Virus record (IMG/VR): IMGVR_UViG_3300042934_000594
Location: 186,001-250,000 of that record
Reading direction: 5' to 3' (one strand)
Length of the DNA stretch: 64,000 nucleotides
The first letter of the stretch is position 1. Each line of letters starts with the position of its first letter. Below are positions 30,599-41,288 of the stretch, piece after piece. The position numbers were made by a program, and so were the translations under genes. Below the pieces are notes generated by a model that saw nothing but the letters and a program-made list of their open reading frames with translations, was not told the origin of the DNA and did not search any database.

Positions 30599-33500
30599 AT
30601 GGCTACCAAGAAAACAAAACCCACCAACAAGCCGATGAAACTCGAGCCGTTGGATCTGGGGAACCTCGACGATTTTCTCGACGACAACCCCAACCCTGAA
30701 ATCAAAAAGGGTGGGGCGCTGCGAGACCTGCGCCTTGGGTTTAAGAAAGGCTTTCTGGAACAAACAAAAGTCAAGACCCTGATGCGCAGCTTCCTGCGCA
30801 CCGGTATTCCTGATGGGTACTCCCGTGCGTTTGGCGCTATTGACGACGCCAAGCGTACGGCAGACCAGATCTACCAGGATGTGAAGCAGACCAACGCGGC
30901 TGACTTCGACTTGATTGCTGAGAAAGCCGAATCGCTGTTGCCAAAGCTCAAAGGCCGGCTCAACGATAAGCACTATCAGAAAATCGCTGACTCGATTGCC
31001 AGTAAGCGTGAAGACTTCAAGTACCTGGCTCGCCAACCACGCAATGCCGCCGAACGGGCGCGCATGCAACAGATGGCACAGCGTCAAGCGGATGAACAGA
31101 AGATTCAGGCTGAACTGTTCTCCGAATCGGAATCCAACGCCGACGCTCGCTTCCAAGCCGAGCGTGCTGAACGGGGGATCCGCGATAAAGTTTCCTCAGC
31201 GCGCTTTAACAGCATTGCGCAGAACATGGGCATTATTGCCGATGCGGCGTCGTCTGAAAAAGCTTACCGTGATCAAATTGGTTATACCCTACAACGTAAA
31301 GGCGTCGAGTTACAATTCCGCTCGTACTTTGCGTTGCGCGATTTGGTCAAGTACGCCGAGACCTCTTTGCAGGTCAATAAGGAAGCGTACGAAGCGATCG
31401 TTCGTAACACCGGCTTGCCTGATCACCTGAAATCCACCAGCGCTGAAATGGTGAACTTCACCGGTAAGCGTGCCGCCGCCAAGTATGCCGTCGACAAGCT
31501 GCCTGATTTCCTCGCGCAGTTCATGCCACAGATTCAGGCCAACTTGACTGGCATGGCCCGTCAAGGGATGTCGAGCCTGGGCATGGCGATGGGTGCTGGC
31601 GATGGCATGGACTTGGGGCAACTCAAGAACAAGAAGTGGGAACTGCTGGGTCAGGGCTTGGGTGCTTTGGGTGGCAACTATGCTAAATCCAAAGTCATGC
31701 CGTTTGTGTCTCGCAAGACCAAACCGCATTTGGAGCGCCTGTCCAACAAGTACTTGGGTGGTGGCCATGACCTGGCCAACTACTACATGAACAACGCGTC
31801 CTCCTCGCTTCAGGACTGGACCCAGGACTATGAAAACTCCGTGGGTGGTAAGGGCATTTTGCAGGACTTCCTGCGCATGGTCGTGCCACAGTACAGCCTG
31901 AACAATCAGCTCAAAGAGGGCGGTTATCACACCATTGATAAGCAGGCCGCCTTTAACCAGTTGACGCAGCGTTCGATCACCGAGATCATCCCGGGGTATC
32001 TGTCGCGTTTACTGCAAGAAGTACGCATGATCCGCACCGGCAGTGATGACGTTGAACGGGAAACCTTCGACATCACCAAGGGTAAGTTCACGGGGATGAA
32101 AAACGCCCTGAAGAACCAACAAGACCGCATCATCACCACGCAGCAACGCACTGCGGTCTCAGGGGCGCTGAACGATGCGCTGAGCAAGTTTGACGAGCAA
32201 GGTGAACTCTCCCCTGAAGCGCGTGCTGCGTTGTCTGAGCGCATTCTGCGGGACTCGGCCACCAATGGTCGGTTTGACCCAGGGCAGTACGCCAACGCCG
32301 CTGGCTACCGTCATGACACCGCACAAACCACCACCGACGAGCTGCGTAAGTTCTTCGCGAACAAGTTTGAGTTGGACGCCAATGGCAAGACGGTTCGCAA
32401 CGCTGCTAACAACGGTAAGCTGAACCAGTACTCCGACGCCTTCTTGAATGTGCGTAACGTCACCGGGGATCCACGCACTGAGATCAAACGTTTGTTTGGC
32501 AGCGGTAACCATGAAATGCTGCGCGAGTTGGGGTTGGTAATCAACGAGAACGGCATGGACCGGATCAACTACGACAAAGTGTGGGAATTGTACCGCACGG
32601 ACGTTCCTGGCGGCCCTGGAGGTGGTGGTCCAGGTGGCGGTGGACCGGGCGGTCCTGGCGGAGGTCCCGGTGGACCCGGTAACGGCCCTGGTGGACCTGG
32701 GGGTCCGGGCGATGTGTTTGACCCGAACAACCCTCCGCCACCTGGCTCGAACACCATTCGGATTCTGCGTGACAAAGTCAAGCAGGCCGAGGACGCTGCG
32801 AAGCGACGCTTGGGAGGTCTTCGTGACCAAGCCGCTGACCGTGGGTTTGACCGTGCTTACCTGGGCGGTTTGGCTGCTAAGGTCAAAGGGAAGATGCCGG
32901 CCTTTAATACAGACGCGGTGTTGGATCGGATTCGCAGCATTAAAATGCCGGATGTGGACCGTACCAAGCTGCTTGCCATGATTGGTGGGTTGCAGTTACC
33001 CAACATGCCGCCTGTGAACAAGCAGATGCTCACGCAGATGCTGTCCTCGGTGCGCATGCCGACCGTCGATCGTCAAGCCCTGTTGGCGATGCTGCCTGAT
33101 GCCGGTCAAGCCAAACTGCAATTTGCGGGGATGACCAACCGCTTTACCCCACGTCAACCGTTGGCGTTGCCACACCTGGACGCCTTGCGTGAACGCGGTG
33201 GGGCGATGATGCCGTCGGGCTTGCCAAGCTTTAACATGCCAGGCCTGCCGGGCTTCCAGATGCCAACCTTCAACCTACAGGGCTTGCCAAGCAAAGCCTC
33301 GTTGGGCGAACACCTGAGCAAGTTGGGTGACCGTCTGCCGAAGGTGGACTTGGACATGATCCGTGACACTGCCAGCCGCTTGCCGAAACTGGACAAGAAA
33401 GAACTGGCGGTCTACGGCGCTTTGGGTCGAGCCAAAGGTCAGGAAGTCATCAAGAAGTTGCTGGGTGCCGGTGAGCAAGGCATGGCCTGCATTAAAGGCC

Positions 33501-36500
33501 TGTTGGAATCGGGAATGGTAACCGGGGAGTCGATGTACCAAGTCGCCACCGATCCTAAGTTGGTGGACGACGTGACGTCCCAAGCCATCGCCCTGGGCAG
33601 CTCGCTGCGCAGTCAGGCGCAGAACGCATTGGGTTCTGACCCGGTGAGTAAACTGCAACTCAAACTGGCTGAAGGCAAGGACGTGGTGGTCGGTAAAGCG
33701 GGGGCTGCGGCAGAGGTGGTCAATGACCTCTATGTCAAGGGCACCAACGAGCTGGCTATCCGTGCTGCGGATCTTGAGGCCGGTAACCTGATCGACGCTA
33801 CCTCTAAACAGGTGATCACCAAACTCGAAGACATTAAAGGCACTGTCATTGACAAGGCTGGGAATGTGCGAGTGACCGCGGCGCAGTTGGGTCGAGGTCT
33901 GGTGGACGCTTACGGTGAAGTCAAAGCCTTGGTACCGTTCAAAGGGGCCATGGCGTGGGCGGGCAAGCAGTACGCGGCAGCAGCGGGGGCTTACTGGACA
34001 TGGTTGGCCGGTAACTTCCAAGGCAAGAACGCGCTGATGGGTACCCAGGGTGTGCAGGATCTGTACCTACCGGGTCGTAAAGAACCGGTACTGCTGGCAC
34101 GTGACATTGAAGCCGGCCTGTACATCAACCAGGAAACCAATCGGCCGATCGAGTCGTTGGATGACATCACAGGTCCTGTGGTCGATCAGAACGCTCAGGT
34201 GGTGCTGACCAGTGCCGACATTGAGAAGGGCCTCTACACCGCTCAAGGCGGTAAGGTCAAACTCAGTCGCTTTAAGATCCTCTCAGGGGTGATCAAAGCA
34301 GGTCTGTCGCCGGCCACGACCTTGATCAAGGCTCAGCTCTGGCTGGCCAAGAAGGTCGCCACCATTGCTATCAAGTCGGTCATGGTGTTGGATGCGTACC
34401 TGCCGGGCGTTAAAGAGCCGCTACTGCGTTCGAGTGTGCTTAAGAACGGTGGTTACTTCTACGCTGACGGCCGCCCGATCCGTTCGTTCGACGACCTGCG
34501 TGATGGGGTCTTTGATGAGCGGGGTAATGAATTGGTCTCCGCCGAGGAGATCCCTCACCTGATCAACCGCGATGGCTCCAAGCACACCGCCGCCAAGCGT
34601 CGCAGCTTGGTGCGCAAGTGGGGCAAGAAGATCCTGACTGCGCCGTTTAAGGCAGTCGGTCGCGGTTACATGAAACTCACCAAGGGTTATTACAACTGGC
34701 TGGGGAGTAAGTTCAGCGGGGGACGTAAAGGTAAAGCGGGTCAGCCGTTGTCACCTGAACTGCAAGCGATCATTGCCAAGCGCGGTGGTAAGGGAACCGA
34801 CCCTATCGGCACCCCAACCGATGCCTTGCTCGCTAACATTGCTCAAACCCTGGACCGTCGTTTGCCTAAGGAAGCGCCAACTGAAGGCAGCTGGCAACAA
34901 CAGCTGGCTGAACGTGAAGCGCTGGAAGCCCAGGCACGGGCGAAGAAAGCCGCCAAGGATCCTCGCGACCCGAAAGGGAAGAAGGAGAAAGGGTTGCTGG
35001 AACGCCTGGCCGCGAAACTGGGTGCCGGGAAGGCGGCGGGTGAGGAAGAGGAAGGCGGTGGTATCGGGGACATCAACATCGGAGAAGGTGAGGAGAAGGA
35101 TAAGCCTCGCAGTCGTCGAGACCGTGCCCGTGATCGCCTGCGTCGTCGTAAAGAAGCCAAGTATGGGCGGTTCCGTAAGGGCATCCTGCGTGGCGGGCGT
35201 GCGGTGATGAACTCAGGGGTGGGTCGTGCCGCAGGGTCCTTGGGCATGAATGCTGCACGCCTAGGTGCCACGGCGCTGCTCGGTGAGGGCGCTGTAGCCG
35301 CATTGGGTACCGGTGCGTCCATGCTCGGTGGGGGTCTGGCATCGGCCGGTGGTGCATTGGCTACCGGAGCAACGGCAATCGCTGGGATTCTCTCAGCGCC
35401 AGTGGTCTTGGGGGTTTTGGGTGTGGCTGCCGTCGGGGCGGGTGCGTACTGGCTCTACAGCCGCGACCGCGACTCGTCAGGGGACTTCCGTGAGTTCCGT
35501 CTGGATCAGTACGGGATCGGTAACGATTCCACCAGCCGGGCATTGAAGATCCTCAACCTGGAAGCCGCATTGGAAGCCAGCGCCTCGAAAGGGGCTGAAC
35601 CACAGTTGAACATCTCGGCTGAGAATGCGTCGAAGCTGGTTGATATCGTCGGACTGGACATGAACGATCCGCAGAAACTGGCGGAGTTCGGTAAGTGGGT
35701 CGACCTGCGATTCAAACCGGTGTTCTTCACCTACCTGCGTGCCATGAAAACCATGGGCTTGAACTGCAAGGTCAACGAGCTGGATGATAAGCTCTTGCCT
35801 GAACAGAAAGCCGGCTTCTTGGAACTGGTGCGCATGTCCACGGGTGCGGACTCGCCATACGCGTTCACCGCGTCCCCGTTTGCCGATGGGGACCCACTGA
35901 CCGTTACCGCCGAACAGGTCACCAAGCATTACGAGGAGCTCAAGGCGAAGTTTGCCAAAGACGCCCCAAGTAAGGACACCACCAAAACCGCAGAGACTGA
36001 GAAGTCCACTGGAGCTGCTGCTGTGGCAGCAGGTGCTGCGGCAGTGGGGGCTACCGGGGCAGTTAACGCTGCTGCGGCTGCTTCAGGTGTACCTGCCCCA
36101 AGCAACGTCATTCCGTTTGTCGCTAAAGGCACTGGCCCCTCGACTGGGGTCATGGGTAAGCTGACGGCTGGGACGGCCTCAGTCACGGCATTCACAGGCA
36201 ACAAGGTCTCGGCCTTGCAAGCCATCCGCATGCGTGCGTACGGCCTCTTCGGATTGTCGGTCTCGCGGGTGTCGGCGTTGATGTCGATTGAGGAAATCGT
36301 CTTTGCGGGGGTGCAAACCTCCACAGGCGGTTTGTCGGAGTTCACCGGGGATCAGGAAACGTTCCTGGATGACGCTGCGACGGCACTGGGCTTTAACATC
36401 GCAGACCCTGCTTCTCAAGAGCGGGTGGATTTCATCAACTGGGTGCAGTACCGTTTCATGCCCGTGGTGTTGACCTACTGTTCAGCGGTGAAGAACCAGG

Positions 36501-38209
36501 ACGCGTCGATTCAAATGGCGCGGGTGGAACAAGGAATGTCTGCCATCGGTAAGGTGGGTGTAGCCAATGCGTTGATTGCCGCGACCAGCGACTACAATGA
36601 CGACAAGGTGTCGGTCTGGAAGGTGCCTAGCATTCTTCTGCCGACTGCGCCTGAGCAGGTGATGTTGGACCTGGCCAAGGCTGACTTGAAGGCATTGCAG
36701 GATGAAGCCGACAAGGTCAAACTCAATACCCCAACCCAATCGGGCGCTGCGCAAAACGCGGCGGCTAATGGTGGGAGTGCGGCCATGGTCGCAGGGGCTG
36801 AGATGGCCGGCAGTAAGTCGGGGGCTGAGTCAGGGGGCTTCCTGAACGGGGTGAACAACTTCGTAGCCGGTGTTGAGGACTCGATCTCCAATGCAGCGTC
36901 CAAGGTAGGGGATTCTATCTCCAGTGCTGCCTCGGGTGCCAAGAACACCGTTAAAGGGTGGTTGGGGATGGACGACAACAAGCCGTCGACACCAGGAGGC
37001 ACCATTGGCGGTGCGGGTAACGTTACGGCGATGGCCAAGGGTAATGGCGGTAGCTGGGAGAGTGTGCCGATGCCAACGGCCAAGACGCGGGCAGGTTGTA
37101 TGCCTTCGTTCTTGAAGATCCAGGACCTGTCGGGGATGGACGCTAACCTGTTGGCCACGTTCGCCTCGATTGAGTCGAACTTCAACTGGGAAGTTAAAGC
37201 CTCGACGTCGTCCGCCACAGGTTGGTTCCAGTTCATCAACGCGACCTGGGACTACATCTTGAAGTTAGCCGGTGGTAAATACGGTTGCCCTCAGGATGAC
37301 GGTGCACGCTCCTTGCGTAAAGACCCACGGATCAACGGTTTGATGGGGGCCGAGTACATTAAGCTCAGTTACGAGACGCTGTCCAAAGGCTTAGGCCGGG
37401 CTCCAACGGACACCGACTTGTACATGGCGCACTTCCTCGGTCCAGGCACAGCGGTGAAGTTCCTGAAAATGGACAAAAACACCGATGCTGTGAACGCCTT
37501 CCCGCAACAGGCAGGTGCCAACAAATCGATCTTCTTCAAGAAGGGTGGTTCGCACAACACCTGTGGAGAGGTCTACGCCATCATGGACGCCAAGGTGGCC
37601 AAGCACCGCGGTGCAGGCGGGACATCGGTGACCAAGCAAGTCTTGCCCGGTGACACCGATCCGGTAGCAGCTGCTGAAGCGCAAGCTAAGGCCACTGCCG
37701 CCAGTGCAGCAGATGGGATTCAGCAGACCCCTGGTTTGCCGAACGCTGCCAACGATCCGTCTGCCGCAGCACCAAACCTCAGCCAAGCCACCAACGCTAC
37801 GGTCAACCCGTTGAATGCCCAAGCCGCTACCGGCACTGCCGGCACGCAAGGCACCTCGGGGGCGCCTAACGCACCGGTGGGTTCAGGTCAGGACGATCCC
37901 ACCCTGCAAGCGTCGCAGAACGCTCAGATGCAACAAGCTCAAGCGCAAGACAAAACGCGCGCGGCGCAAGTCCAAGACCAGCAAGCTGCAAGCAAGTCGG
38001 CCATGGACATTCAAAGCAAGCAGCTTGATGAGCTTGTGGAGATGAAAGGGTATCTGAAGACGATTGCTGACAACATGGGACTGCTCAAACCTTCGGGGAC
38101 GAGTCAGGTTGCACCCGCGTCGTCTGGCAATGCTATAGACAACTCTGCACCGCAGCGTACTGATCGCAGTGTCGGCCAAGGCCGTCCACCGCTTCAGATG
38201 ACTCGCTAA
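30599..38209 (+). CDS. Giant tail (tape-measure-like) protein with C-terminal lytic transglycosylase (phiKZ gp181-like)
   Basis: 2536 aa; ASIESNF...SSATGWFQFINATW...YMAHFLGPG SLT motifs; hydrophobic Gly/Ala segment; divergent from the RNAP genes as in phiKZ. Confidence 0.9.
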   Translation: MATKKTKPTNKPMKLEPLDLGNLDDFLDDNPNPEIKKGGALRDLRLGFKKGFLEQTKVKTLMRSFLRTGIPDGYSRAFGAIDDAKRTADQIYQDVKQTNAADFDLIAEKAESLLPKLKGRLNDKHYQKIADSIASKREDFKYLARQPRNAAERARMQQMAQRQADEQKIQAELFSESESNADARFQAERAERGIRDKVSSARFNSIAQNMGIIADAASSEKAYRDQIGYTLQRKGVELQFRSYFALRDLVKYAETSLQVNKEAYEAIVRNTGLPDHLKSTSAEMVNFTGKRAAAKYAVDKLPDFLAQFMPQIQANLTGMARQGMSSLGMAMGAGDGMDLGQLKNKKWELLGQGLGALGGNYAKSKVMPFVSRKTKPHLERLSNKYLGGGHDLANYYMNNASSSLQDWTQDYENSVGGKGILQDFLRMVVPQYSLNNQLKEGGYHTIDKQAAFNQLTQRSITEIIPGYLSRLLQEVRMIRTGSDDVERETFDITKGKFTGMKNALKNQQDRIITTQQRTAVSGALNDALSKFDEQGELSPEARAALSERILRDSATNGRFDPGQYANAAGYRHDTAQTTTDELRKFFANKFELDANGKTVRNAANNGKLNQYSDAFLNVRNVTGDPRTEIKRLFGSGNHEMLRELGLVINENGMDRINYDKVWELYRTDVPGGPGGGGPGGGGPGGPGGGPGGPGNGPGGPGGPGDVFDPNNPPPPGSNTIRILRDKVKQAEDAAKRRLGGLRDQAADRGFDRAYLGGLAAKVKGKMPAFNTDAVLDRIRSIKMPDVDRTKLLAMIGGLQLPNMPPVNKQMLTQMLSSVRMPTVDRQALLAMLPDAGQAKLQFAGMTNRFTPRQPLALPHLDALRERGGAMMPSGLPSFNMPGLPGFQMPTFNLQGLPSKASLGEHLSKLGDRLPKVDLDMIRDTASRLPKLDKKELAVYGALGRAKGQEVIKKLLGAGEQGMACIKGLLESGMVTGESMYQVATDPKLVDDVTSQAIALGSSLRSQAQNALGSDPVSKLQLKLAEGKDVVVGKAGAAAEVVNDLYVKGTNELAIRAADLEAGNLIDATSKQVITKLEDIKGTVIDKAGNVRVTAAQLGRGLVDAYGEVKALVPFKGAMAWAGKQYAAAAGAYWTWLAGNFQGKNALMGTQGVQDLYLPGRKEPVLLARDIEAGLYINQETNRPIESLDDITGPVVDQNAQVVLTSADIEKGLYTAQGGKVKLSRFKILSGVIKAGLSPATTLIKAQLWLAKKVATIAIKSVMVLDAYLPGVKEPLLRSSVLKNGGYFYADGRPIRSFDDLRDGVFDERGNELVSAEEIPHLINRDGSKHTAAKRRSLVRKWGKKILTAPFKAVGRGYMKLTKGYYNWLGSKFSGGRKGKAGQPLSPELQAIIAKRGGKGTDPIGTPTDALLANIAQTLDRRLPKEAPTEGSWQQQLAEREALEAQARAKKAAKDPRDPKGKKEKGLLERLAAKLGAGKAAGEEEEGGGIGDINIGEGEEKDKPRSRRDRARDRLRRRKEAKYGRFRKGILRGGRAVMNSGVGRAAGSLGMNAARLGATALLGEGAVAALGTGASMLGGGLASAGGALATGATAIAGILSAPVVLGVLGVAAVGAGAYWLYSRDRDSSGDFREFRLDQYGIGNDSTSRALKILNLEAALEASASKGAEPQLNISAENASKLVDIVGLDMNDPQKLAEFGKWVDLRFKPVFFTYLRAMKTMGLNCKVNELDDKLLPEQKAGFLELVRMSTGADSPYAFTASPFADGDPLTVTAEQVTKHYEELKAKFAKDAPSKDTTKTAETEKSTGAAAVAAGAAAVGATGAVNAAAAASGVPAPSNVIPFVAKGTGPSTGVMGKLTAGTASVTAFTGNKVSALQAIRMRAYGLFGLSVSRVSALMSIEEIVFAGVQTSTGGLSEFTGDQETFLDDAATALGFNIADPASQERVDFINWVQYRFMPVVLTYCSAVKNQDASIQMARVEQGMSAIGKVGVANALIAATSDYNDDKVSVWKVPSILLPTAPEQVMLDLAKADLKALQDEADKVKLNTPTQSGAAQNAAANGGSAAMVAGAEMAGSKSGAESGGFLNGVNNFVAGVEDSISNAASKVGDSISSAASGAKNTVKGWLGMDDNKPSTPGGTIGGAGNVTAMAKGNGGSWESVPMPTAKTRAGCMPSFLKIQDLSGMDANLLATFASIESNFNWEVKASTSSATGWFQFINATWDYILKLAGGKYGCPQDDGARSLRKDPRINGLMGAEYIKLSYETLSKGLGRAPTDTDLYMAHFLGPGTAVKFLKMDKNTDAVNAFPQQAGANKSIFFKKGGSHNTCGEVYAIMDAKVAKHRGAGGTSVTKQVLPGDTDPVAAAEAQAKATAASAADGIQQTPGLPNAANDPSAAAPNLSQATNATVNPLNAQAATGTAGTQGTSGAPNAPVGSGQDDPTLQASQNAQMQQAQAQDKTRAAQVQDQQAASKSAMDIQSKQLDELVEMKGYLKTIADNMGLLKPSGTSQVAPASSGNAIDNSAPQRTDRSVGQGRPPLQMTR

Positions 38210-38217
38210 CTGGCACC

Positions 38218-38248
38218 GGAGTCCCCTTCGTGGGGACTCCTTTATTTT
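38218..38248 (+). terminator. Rho-independent terminator
   Basis: GGAGTCCCC TTCGT GGGGACTCC TTTATTTT. Confidence 0.75.
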
Positions 38249-38260
38249 CGGGAACTCACT

Positions 38261-40243
38261 ATGGCTACAATCGATCGGGGTCCGATCTGGCTACGGCATG
38301 CGTTTCTGACTCCGACCTCGGAAGACCAGACGCAGTACGGGTCTGAAACCAAACGTCGTTTCGCAACCTCCGCCGCCTTTAAGTTCACCAACACCACGTT
38401 GGGGGGCAACTGGTGTATTAACAACCCACCACAATTTACCCGTTGGGCTGACATTCGCCAACCGGGTCGTGGACGGGATGAATCCAAGGACAGTCGCAAG
38501 TGGGGGATGGGGCGTTACTACTCCGAGGCGATTGATGATCCACGGCAGATGGTGACGATGTCCTTCGGGGTACCGCGCTTCTCCAACTGGTCCAGCTTCT
38601 TTGTTAACTTCTACGACCGTAACTCGGCACTGCTCGCTAACACCGGCCGGGTGAACGATCTGTGGTACAACCTGGGCAACGTCGGGGGCTTTATTGTCTC
38701 CCTGCCGATCCAGCCGATTATCATGGGGGTGATGGGCGTCAGTCGGGTGCTGTCGTTCTTGGGCAAGTCCTCACCCAGCAAATGGATGTACTTTAAACCG
38801 TCGATGCACGTGTACTGGTCCACGGTCAACACCATTGCCAACGAAATGGCGATCAACATGGGACTGATCCCTAAGGTGCTGCCTGAAGCGCAGCGTCCTC
38901 TGGAGGATCCGGGTCAGCGCGTGACGTTGGACGACATCAAGCGTTTCCATGAAATCATCCCAGACATCTTCCGGGCTGAGGGCGGGGTGGACGTCATGTC
39001 GCTCGCCGGTAAGACGCAGCGCATGTCCGACGCCTCTCAGCGCAACTTGCAGGCCATGGCCGATAAGGCCGCAACGCTCGCCGACCTTAAGGCCAGCATT
39101 GAGAAGTACCAGCAAGAAGCGGTGACTGACCCCAACCCGGGGTACTCGGCCAGGCAGTACATGGAGGAGTACATCAAGAACGCCGACACGGTCACCGACG
39201 GTGGGCCTTCCACGGAAAGCTTCTCCAGTTGGAGCGAACTCACCAAGGTCTCGGACTTTATCATTGCGGCGCAGCGCGACGCCATGCAGTTCGTTTCCTT
39301 CCGGGTCAAGCACAATGGGTCCCTGTCCGAATCCTGGAGCAGCACCACCAAAGCTTCTGAGGTGGCGCAGCAGATCAACACCAAAGTCTCGGCAGGCCGG
39401 TCGGTGTCGTTTAACACGATGAACGGTGGGATCGTTCCTGGGATGTCCGATGTTCTGGACAAAGTGCAGTCTTACGCAGCCGGTGCGTTGGACTCGGTGA
39501 ACCTGGGCGGTCTGGCGGTCCTGACGGGTACGGCGTTTATTGACGTGCCTGAGATGTGGGAGTCGGCATCAGCCACCCTGCCTTCGGCCAGCTACACCGT
39601 TACCCTGGACAGCCCGTACGGCAACAAGATCTCTCGGTTCATGAACCTTATGATCCCGATCGCCATGTTGCTTGCAGGAGGGCTACCGTTGTCGGCAGGT
39701 CGGTCGGCTTACACCTCGCCATTCCTGTGCCAGATCTACCACCAAGGGCGTGTACAGCGGCAACTGGGGATCATCGATGAGATCACCCTGACCCGCGGTA
39801 CTGGCAATGTGGGTTGGAACGCTGAACATGATATGCTCGGCGCTGAACTCACCTTCAACGTCAAGGATCTGTCTAGCATCATGCACATGGGTGTCAAAGG
39901 CGGATACGCCTCGGCATCTTGGCTGGGTACAGCGACCCGTGCTGCGGCTGCTACCGTGGGAGAGGCGGTAGGGGGTAGCACCGGTCTGAACACCGCTGTC
40001 GCGCTGACTGATCCATCCGTGTACGACGAATCGAGTCTGTTCAATGATTACATTGCCACGATCACGTCGTTGTCCTTGGCTGACGCCTTCTACGCTGGGA
40101 AGCGCTTGAATGTCAACCTGACCCGTTCCGTGCAAGCTTTCAAATCCTGGCGCAGTCCTTCGAACCTACTGAGTTGGGGCTTGGACGGCGGGACCGCACG
40201 GTTCATCTCGGCATTTGCCAACACCACTGACCGTCTTGAATAG
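38261..40243 (+). CDS. Baseplate/tail structural protein (phiKZ gp182-like)
   Basis: KFTNTTLGGN..INNPPQFT..AD, GMGRYYSEAIDD and YTSPF motifs; follows the gp181-like gene. Confidence 0.75.
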   Translation: MATIDRGPIWLRHAFLTPTSEDQTQYGSETKRRFATSAAFKFTNTTLGGNWCINNPPQFTRWADIRQPGRGRDESKDSRKWGMGRYYSEAIDDPRQMVTMSFGVPRFSNWSSFFVNFYDRNSALLANTGRVNDLWYNLGNVGGFIVSLPIQPIIMGVMGVSRVLSFLGKSSPSKWMYFKPSMHVYWSTVNTIANEMAINMGLIPKVLPEAQRPLEDPGQRVTLDDIKRFHEIIPDIFRAEGGVDVMSLAGKTQRMSDASQRNLQAMADKAATLADLKASIEKYQQEAVTDPNPGYSARQYMEEYIKNADTVTDGGPSTESFSSWSELTKVSDFIIAAQRDAMQFVSFRVKHNGSLSESWSSTTKASEVAQQINTKVSAGRSVSFNTMNGGIVPGMSDVLDKVQSYAAGALDSVNLGGLAVLTGTAFIDVPEMWESASATLPSASYTVTLDSPYGNKISRFMNLMIPIAMLLAGGLPLSAGRSAYTSPFLCQIYHQGRVQRQLGIIDEITLTRGTGNVGWNAEHDMLGAELTFNVKDLSSIMHMGVKGGYASASWLGTATRAAAATVGEAVGGSTGLNTAVALTDPSVYDESSLFNDYIATITSLSLADAFYAGKRLNVNLTRSVQAFKSWRSPSNLLSWGLDGGTARFISAFANTTDRLE

Positions 40244-40253
40244 GTGCATCACT

Positions 40254-40508
40254 ATGCAGTTCAAACAACGCCTCAAAGCTTTCCTCGTGCGCACCCTGCT
40301 GGGGGTGCTCGTGGGTCGCCAAAACACGCCACGTCTGCTGGCGTACGTTGAAGATGCCCAAGCCATTGGCAAGGGTAACATCATCATCAAACGCGCTCAC
40401 GTGCACAAATCCATCAAGGAAACCGTGGGTTCGGACTTGAGCAAAAGTGAGTTGAACTTGGCCGTAGAACTGGCGGTGCAATTGGACCGTTTGATCTACC
40501 AAAAATAA
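40254..40508 (+). CDS. Small hypothetical protein
   Basis: ATG at 40254; LNLAVELAVQ C-terminal helix. Confidence 0.6.
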   Translation: MQFKQRLKAFLVRTLLGVLVGRQNTPRLLAYVEDAQAIGKGNIIIKRAHVHKSIKETVGSDLSKSELNLAVELAVQLDRLIYQK

Positions 40509-40574
40509 CTGCTCGGAATAAGGTATAGGTCTTAGGATCTGTACCTTATTTTTGTCCGCCCGGAGGTTAGGGAC

Positions 40575-40895
40575 TTGGATATCGAACTGACAGCACGCGA
40601 ACCGGTACAGTTGCCCAAGCGTGTGAAGCTCACTGAGGTGCAGGTGGTGGACGTGGTCACTGAAAGCGGTCGCTCATTGTTGACCGAACTGACAGTGGTC
40701 GAATCTAAGAAGGCTGTGCACAAGGACGACCCACGCACGGCATTGTTTCTTCGCGCGCAGACGGATGACAATGGTCCTTTTACGCGTACTTACGCTATGA
40801 TCTTGATGGACCGGAAGAAAGGGACAATTGAATTGAGCATTGCCCCAGATTACTTCCATCAGTCCATGATCGCAAAGTTGCACATCAATTCATAG
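40575..40895 (+). CDS. Hypothetical protein
   Basis: GGAGG RBS, TTG start. Confidence 0.6.
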   Translation: MDIELTAREPVQLPKRVKLTEVQVVDVVTESGRSLLTELTVVESKKAVHKDDPRTALFLRAQTDDNGPFTRTYAMILMDRKKGTIELSIAPDYFHQSMIAKLHINS

Positions 40896-40922
40896 CTACC
40901 CTGACTTGGTCCTGAGGCATGT

Positions 40923-41288
40923 ATGGAAGTCAATCTCCCGTTCTTTGAAGGCGCCCGTGTGGCGATGCCCGATAACATCATCGACGCTGTTTCCTTAAAG
41001 GAGGCAGTCAACGGTGAGGGGCTGTCCCTTAAAGAGCTGTTGTTGGATAAAAAGGATTACGGTTTCTACCACGAGAAGAACCACATTCGTCCGCAAGACA
41101 ACGTACAGGCGTATTCGCTGTACGGCAAGGTACCCGCTGACCGTCGGGCCAAGCATTCGTTAATGGCCTACATCCACTTTGACTTAAAAACCCGCATGAT
41201 CACACTCAACAACGTCAACCCCCTGCTAGCGCGAGGACGACTGTTGTTGCGTTTGGACCTGCGTCGTCGTGAGGCTCTTTCCGCATGA
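40923..41288 (+). CDS. Hypothetical protein
   Basis: GAGG RBS; ATGA overlap with the next ORF. Confidence 0.65.
   Translation: MEVNLPFFEGARVAMPDNIIDAVSLKEAVNGEGLSLKELLLDKKDYGFYHEKNHIRPQDNVQAYSLYGKVPADRRAKHSLMAYIHFDLKTRMITLNNVNPLLARGRLLLRLDLRRREALSA

Noticed and set aside
32608-32710. GGN-rich tandem repeat as a possible CRISPR or DNA repeat
   Set aside because: In-frame Gly-Pro coding repeat with varied third positions; no repeat-spacer structure.
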